From positions 1-30,752 of the IMG/VR virus record IMGVR_UViG_3300005805_000309: a stretch of 30,752 bases of DNA. One strand, written 5' to 3'. The stretch's first letter is position 1. Each line of letters opens with the position of its first letter. This DNA comes from a virus (Duplodnaviria; Caudoviricetes). Below are positions 29,308 through 30,752 of the stretch, in pieces. Under the pieces are notes generated by a model, which worked only from the letters and a program-made list of their open reading frames with translations, was not told the DNA's origin and ran no database searches. Position numbers and translations under genes: made by a program.

Positions 29308-29523
29308 ATGGCACAGGACAAAGAAAGACAAATTGTAACACAATCACAACTTAAGTTAGTTATGGATTATACCAAACAGATTGGTGTTAATCTAAAGTTG
29401 AAAGAAATAGTTGGTGTAACGAATGTTATGGTCGACTATTGTATGAATGGATACTCCAAAGAAATTGGTGAGAGGTTAGACGCAATCGATAAGTTTATTA
29501 TTGATAAGTTTGAGGAAAAATAA
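29308..29523 (+). CDS. Hypothetical protein (71 aa, MAQDKERQIVTQSQLK...)
   Basis: ATG at 29308 follows the stop of the upstream ORF; preferred to the TTG at 29260. Confidence 0.7.
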   Translation: MAQDKERQIVTQSQLKLVMDYTKQIGVNLKLKEIVGVTNVMVDYCMNGYSKEIGERLDAIDKFIIDKFEEK

Positions 29524-29543
29524 TATTTATTAGTAAGACATCA

Positions 29544-29581
29544 AAAAAAGGGTATTCCTACTTGCCATGCCTCCCTTTTTT
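29544..29581. terminator. Bidirectional terminator-like hairpin between convergent genes
   Basis: AAAAAAGGG...CCCTTTTTT with a 20-nt loop, between the + ORF ending 29523 and the - ORF ending 29588. Confidence 0.55.
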
Positions 29582-29587
29582 ACCTCA

Positions 29588-29995
29588 TCAATCCTGATGA
29601 GGTTTTTTTTGCTCTGCAACACTACCATCTGGTAAAAAGAATGATGGTCTCCCTTTTCGTTTTTTATACTTCATCGGTTTCTCAAGTTCGGGATTGTATC
29701 TATCCAAAAACTGCTGGTGAATATCCTTTTCAACATCATAACCCATTTTCGTTAATAATTGATACATTTGTTCGTAGTCAGATTTGGAACAACCTGCCAA
29801 ACTAAAATGTCTTTCTTCTGTTTTTCTGAAGTATAAATTGAACGGGTGGATATAGTCCTCCGACTTCTTTGATTTCATACCTTTGATTTTGCATAGTTTG
29901 CAAATCTTCATAACTCCATCTTTACATTCTTTACATCTGTAAAATGAGCTGATGTCCTTTTCGCTTAAACAAGCGTTACATATTATTTTTTTCAT
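29588..29995 (-). CDS. Zinc-finger (CxxC...CxxC) protein
   Basis: CNAC..EKDISSFY......DG....CKLC, like the N-terminal Zn ribbon of phage HNH/EndoVII proteins. ATATTTAT motif lies 4 nt upstream on the - strand. Confidence 0.7.
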   Translation of the reverse strand: MKKIICNACLSEKDISSFYRCKECKDGVMKICKLCKIKGMKSKKSEDYIHPFNLYFRKTEERHFSLAGCSKSDYEQMYQLLTKMGYDVEKDIHQQFLDRYNPELEKPMKYKKRKGRPSFFLPDGSVAEQKKPHQD

Positions 29996-30220
29996 ATCGA
30001 TAAATATCTGTATTTGATAAAAAGTTTTTGGGAGTGTAAAAATAATATTAAAAAGTTGTATGACTTATTTTAACGGGGTCTGGTTAAACGATCTAGTATT
30101 AAGATAGGTGAAGGTATGGTTAAAGATAAAAGTGTCTGTATTGGTCTAAAATAAAGTTAAAATATTTTTTATATTTTCTTGGATAATATACAACTTTTTA
30201 ATACGAGTCCTATATTTATT

Positions 30221-30320
30221 GATGTCCGTTCTGACAACATAGGACATTAAAGAAATTATAGAACCCCTGTAAAGTATCCCTTGAAGTCAGAACCAAGCGG
30301 AGAAATACGGGGGTTTTTTT
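30221..30320 (+). ncRNA. Structured 5' leader RNA with two hairpins and complementary loops
   Basis: ATGTCC/GGACAT stem; AACCCCTGTA/TACGGGGGTT stem + U-tract; loops GTTCTGAC and GTCAGAAC are exact reverse complements. Confidence 0.6.
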
Positions 30321-30326
30321 ATTATT

Positions 30327-30692
30327 ATGAAAAAAAAGGTTTCTGAAATCGAATTAATGATAAGAAGTATTCTCGGTAAAGATAAGTTCTTGATGTTGAA
30401 TATGACCTTATTAAAAAAGTTAGATCCTAATACAGCTTGTTTTTTAACCTTCTTACTTGATAAGTATGAGTTCTTGGTAAAGTCCAATCAAATTACAGAT
30501 ACAGAAGGTATGTCAGTTTATAGGAGAGAAATAACACAAAAACTAAACTTGAGTCCATATCAACAAAGAAAGATAGAAACAACCTTAATTTCGTTGAACC
30601 TGATACAAGTAAAAGAACAACGAGTGGAACAAGAAACCTTCAATTTATATTATTTTGATATATTAAACATATTCAATTTCGTTGAAGAATAG
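30327..30692 (+). CDS. Replication-initiator-like winged-helix protein
   Basis: FLMLN..L.KKL....ACFLTFLLD...REITQKLNLSPYQQRK....L..LNLI pattern of phage replication-protein N-terminal domains; 22-bp repeats immediately downstream. Confidence 0.6.
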   Translation: MKKKVSEIELMIRSILGKDKFLMLNMTLLKKLDPNTACFLTFLLDKYEFLVKSNQITDTEGMSVYRREITQKLNLSPYQQRKIETTLISLNLIQVKEQRVEQETFNLYYFDILNIFNFVEE

Positions 30693-30698
30693 ATATAC

Positions 30699-30740
30699 CC
30701 CCCTTAAAAAACTAAACCCACCCCCTAAAGAAACTTGAGG
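30699..30740 (+). repeat. 22-bp repeat copy plus a degenerate adjacent copy
   Basis: CCCCCTTAAAAAACTAAACCCA at 30699-30720, then CCCCCTAAAGAAACT at 30721. Confidence 0.8.
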
Positions 30741-30752
30741 CTGATACTATAC

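Larger units (their letters stand above)
1..30752 (+). mobile_element. Tailed bacteriophage genome (siphovirus-like, probably Bacteroidota host), likely circularly complete
   Basis: Full set of terminase, portal, protease, scaffold, capsid, tail tube, tape measure and baseplate genes. The same 22-bp repeat occurs at both window ends. No host housekeeping genes. Confidence 0.9.

Noticed and set aside
30061-30170. TGGTTAAA(C)GAT direct repeat and weak inverted repeat in the divergent intergenic region
   Set aside because: Too short and imperfect in AT-rich DNA to call an operator.
30690-30710. TAG readthrough / alternative genetic code extending the rep gene
   Set aside because: An in-frame TAA follows four codons later, and large genes are intact under code 11.

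Overview
The window looks like a complete or nearly complete ~30.7 kb, AT-rich, tailed-phage genome. The capsid, tail-tube, tape-measure, portal and protease sequences resemble those of Bacteroidota-type siphoviruses; this is from family recall, not a database search. Almost all real genes are on the + strand in this order: small regulators and a sigma-70-like protein, terS, two beta-class DNA methyltransferases, an HNH endonuclease, a displaced methyltransferase segment, terL, a frameshifting tail chaperone, tail/baseplate genes, tape measure, a multi-domain prohead protease, scaffold, major capsid, tail tube, adaptor, portal, connector, a holin-like gene, small genes, and a replication-initiator-like winged-helix protein. 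A 22-bp repeat at both ends suggests an iteron origin spanning a circular junction. I saw no tRNA, CRISPR, integrase, polymerase, helicase or recognisable endolysin. Most notable observations: (1) a methyltransferase whose central segment appears excised and re-encoded as a separate downstream ORF behind an HNH gene; (2) four virion genes carrying long Thr/Pro (T-x)n stalks tipped with apparently interchangeable domains; (3) a two-hairpin kissing-loop RNA leader before the replication gene; (4) a recurrent TATATTTAT promoter-like motif, often 4-7 nt before an ATG; (5) candidate small RNAs whose loops carry anti-start-codon (CAT) sequences.
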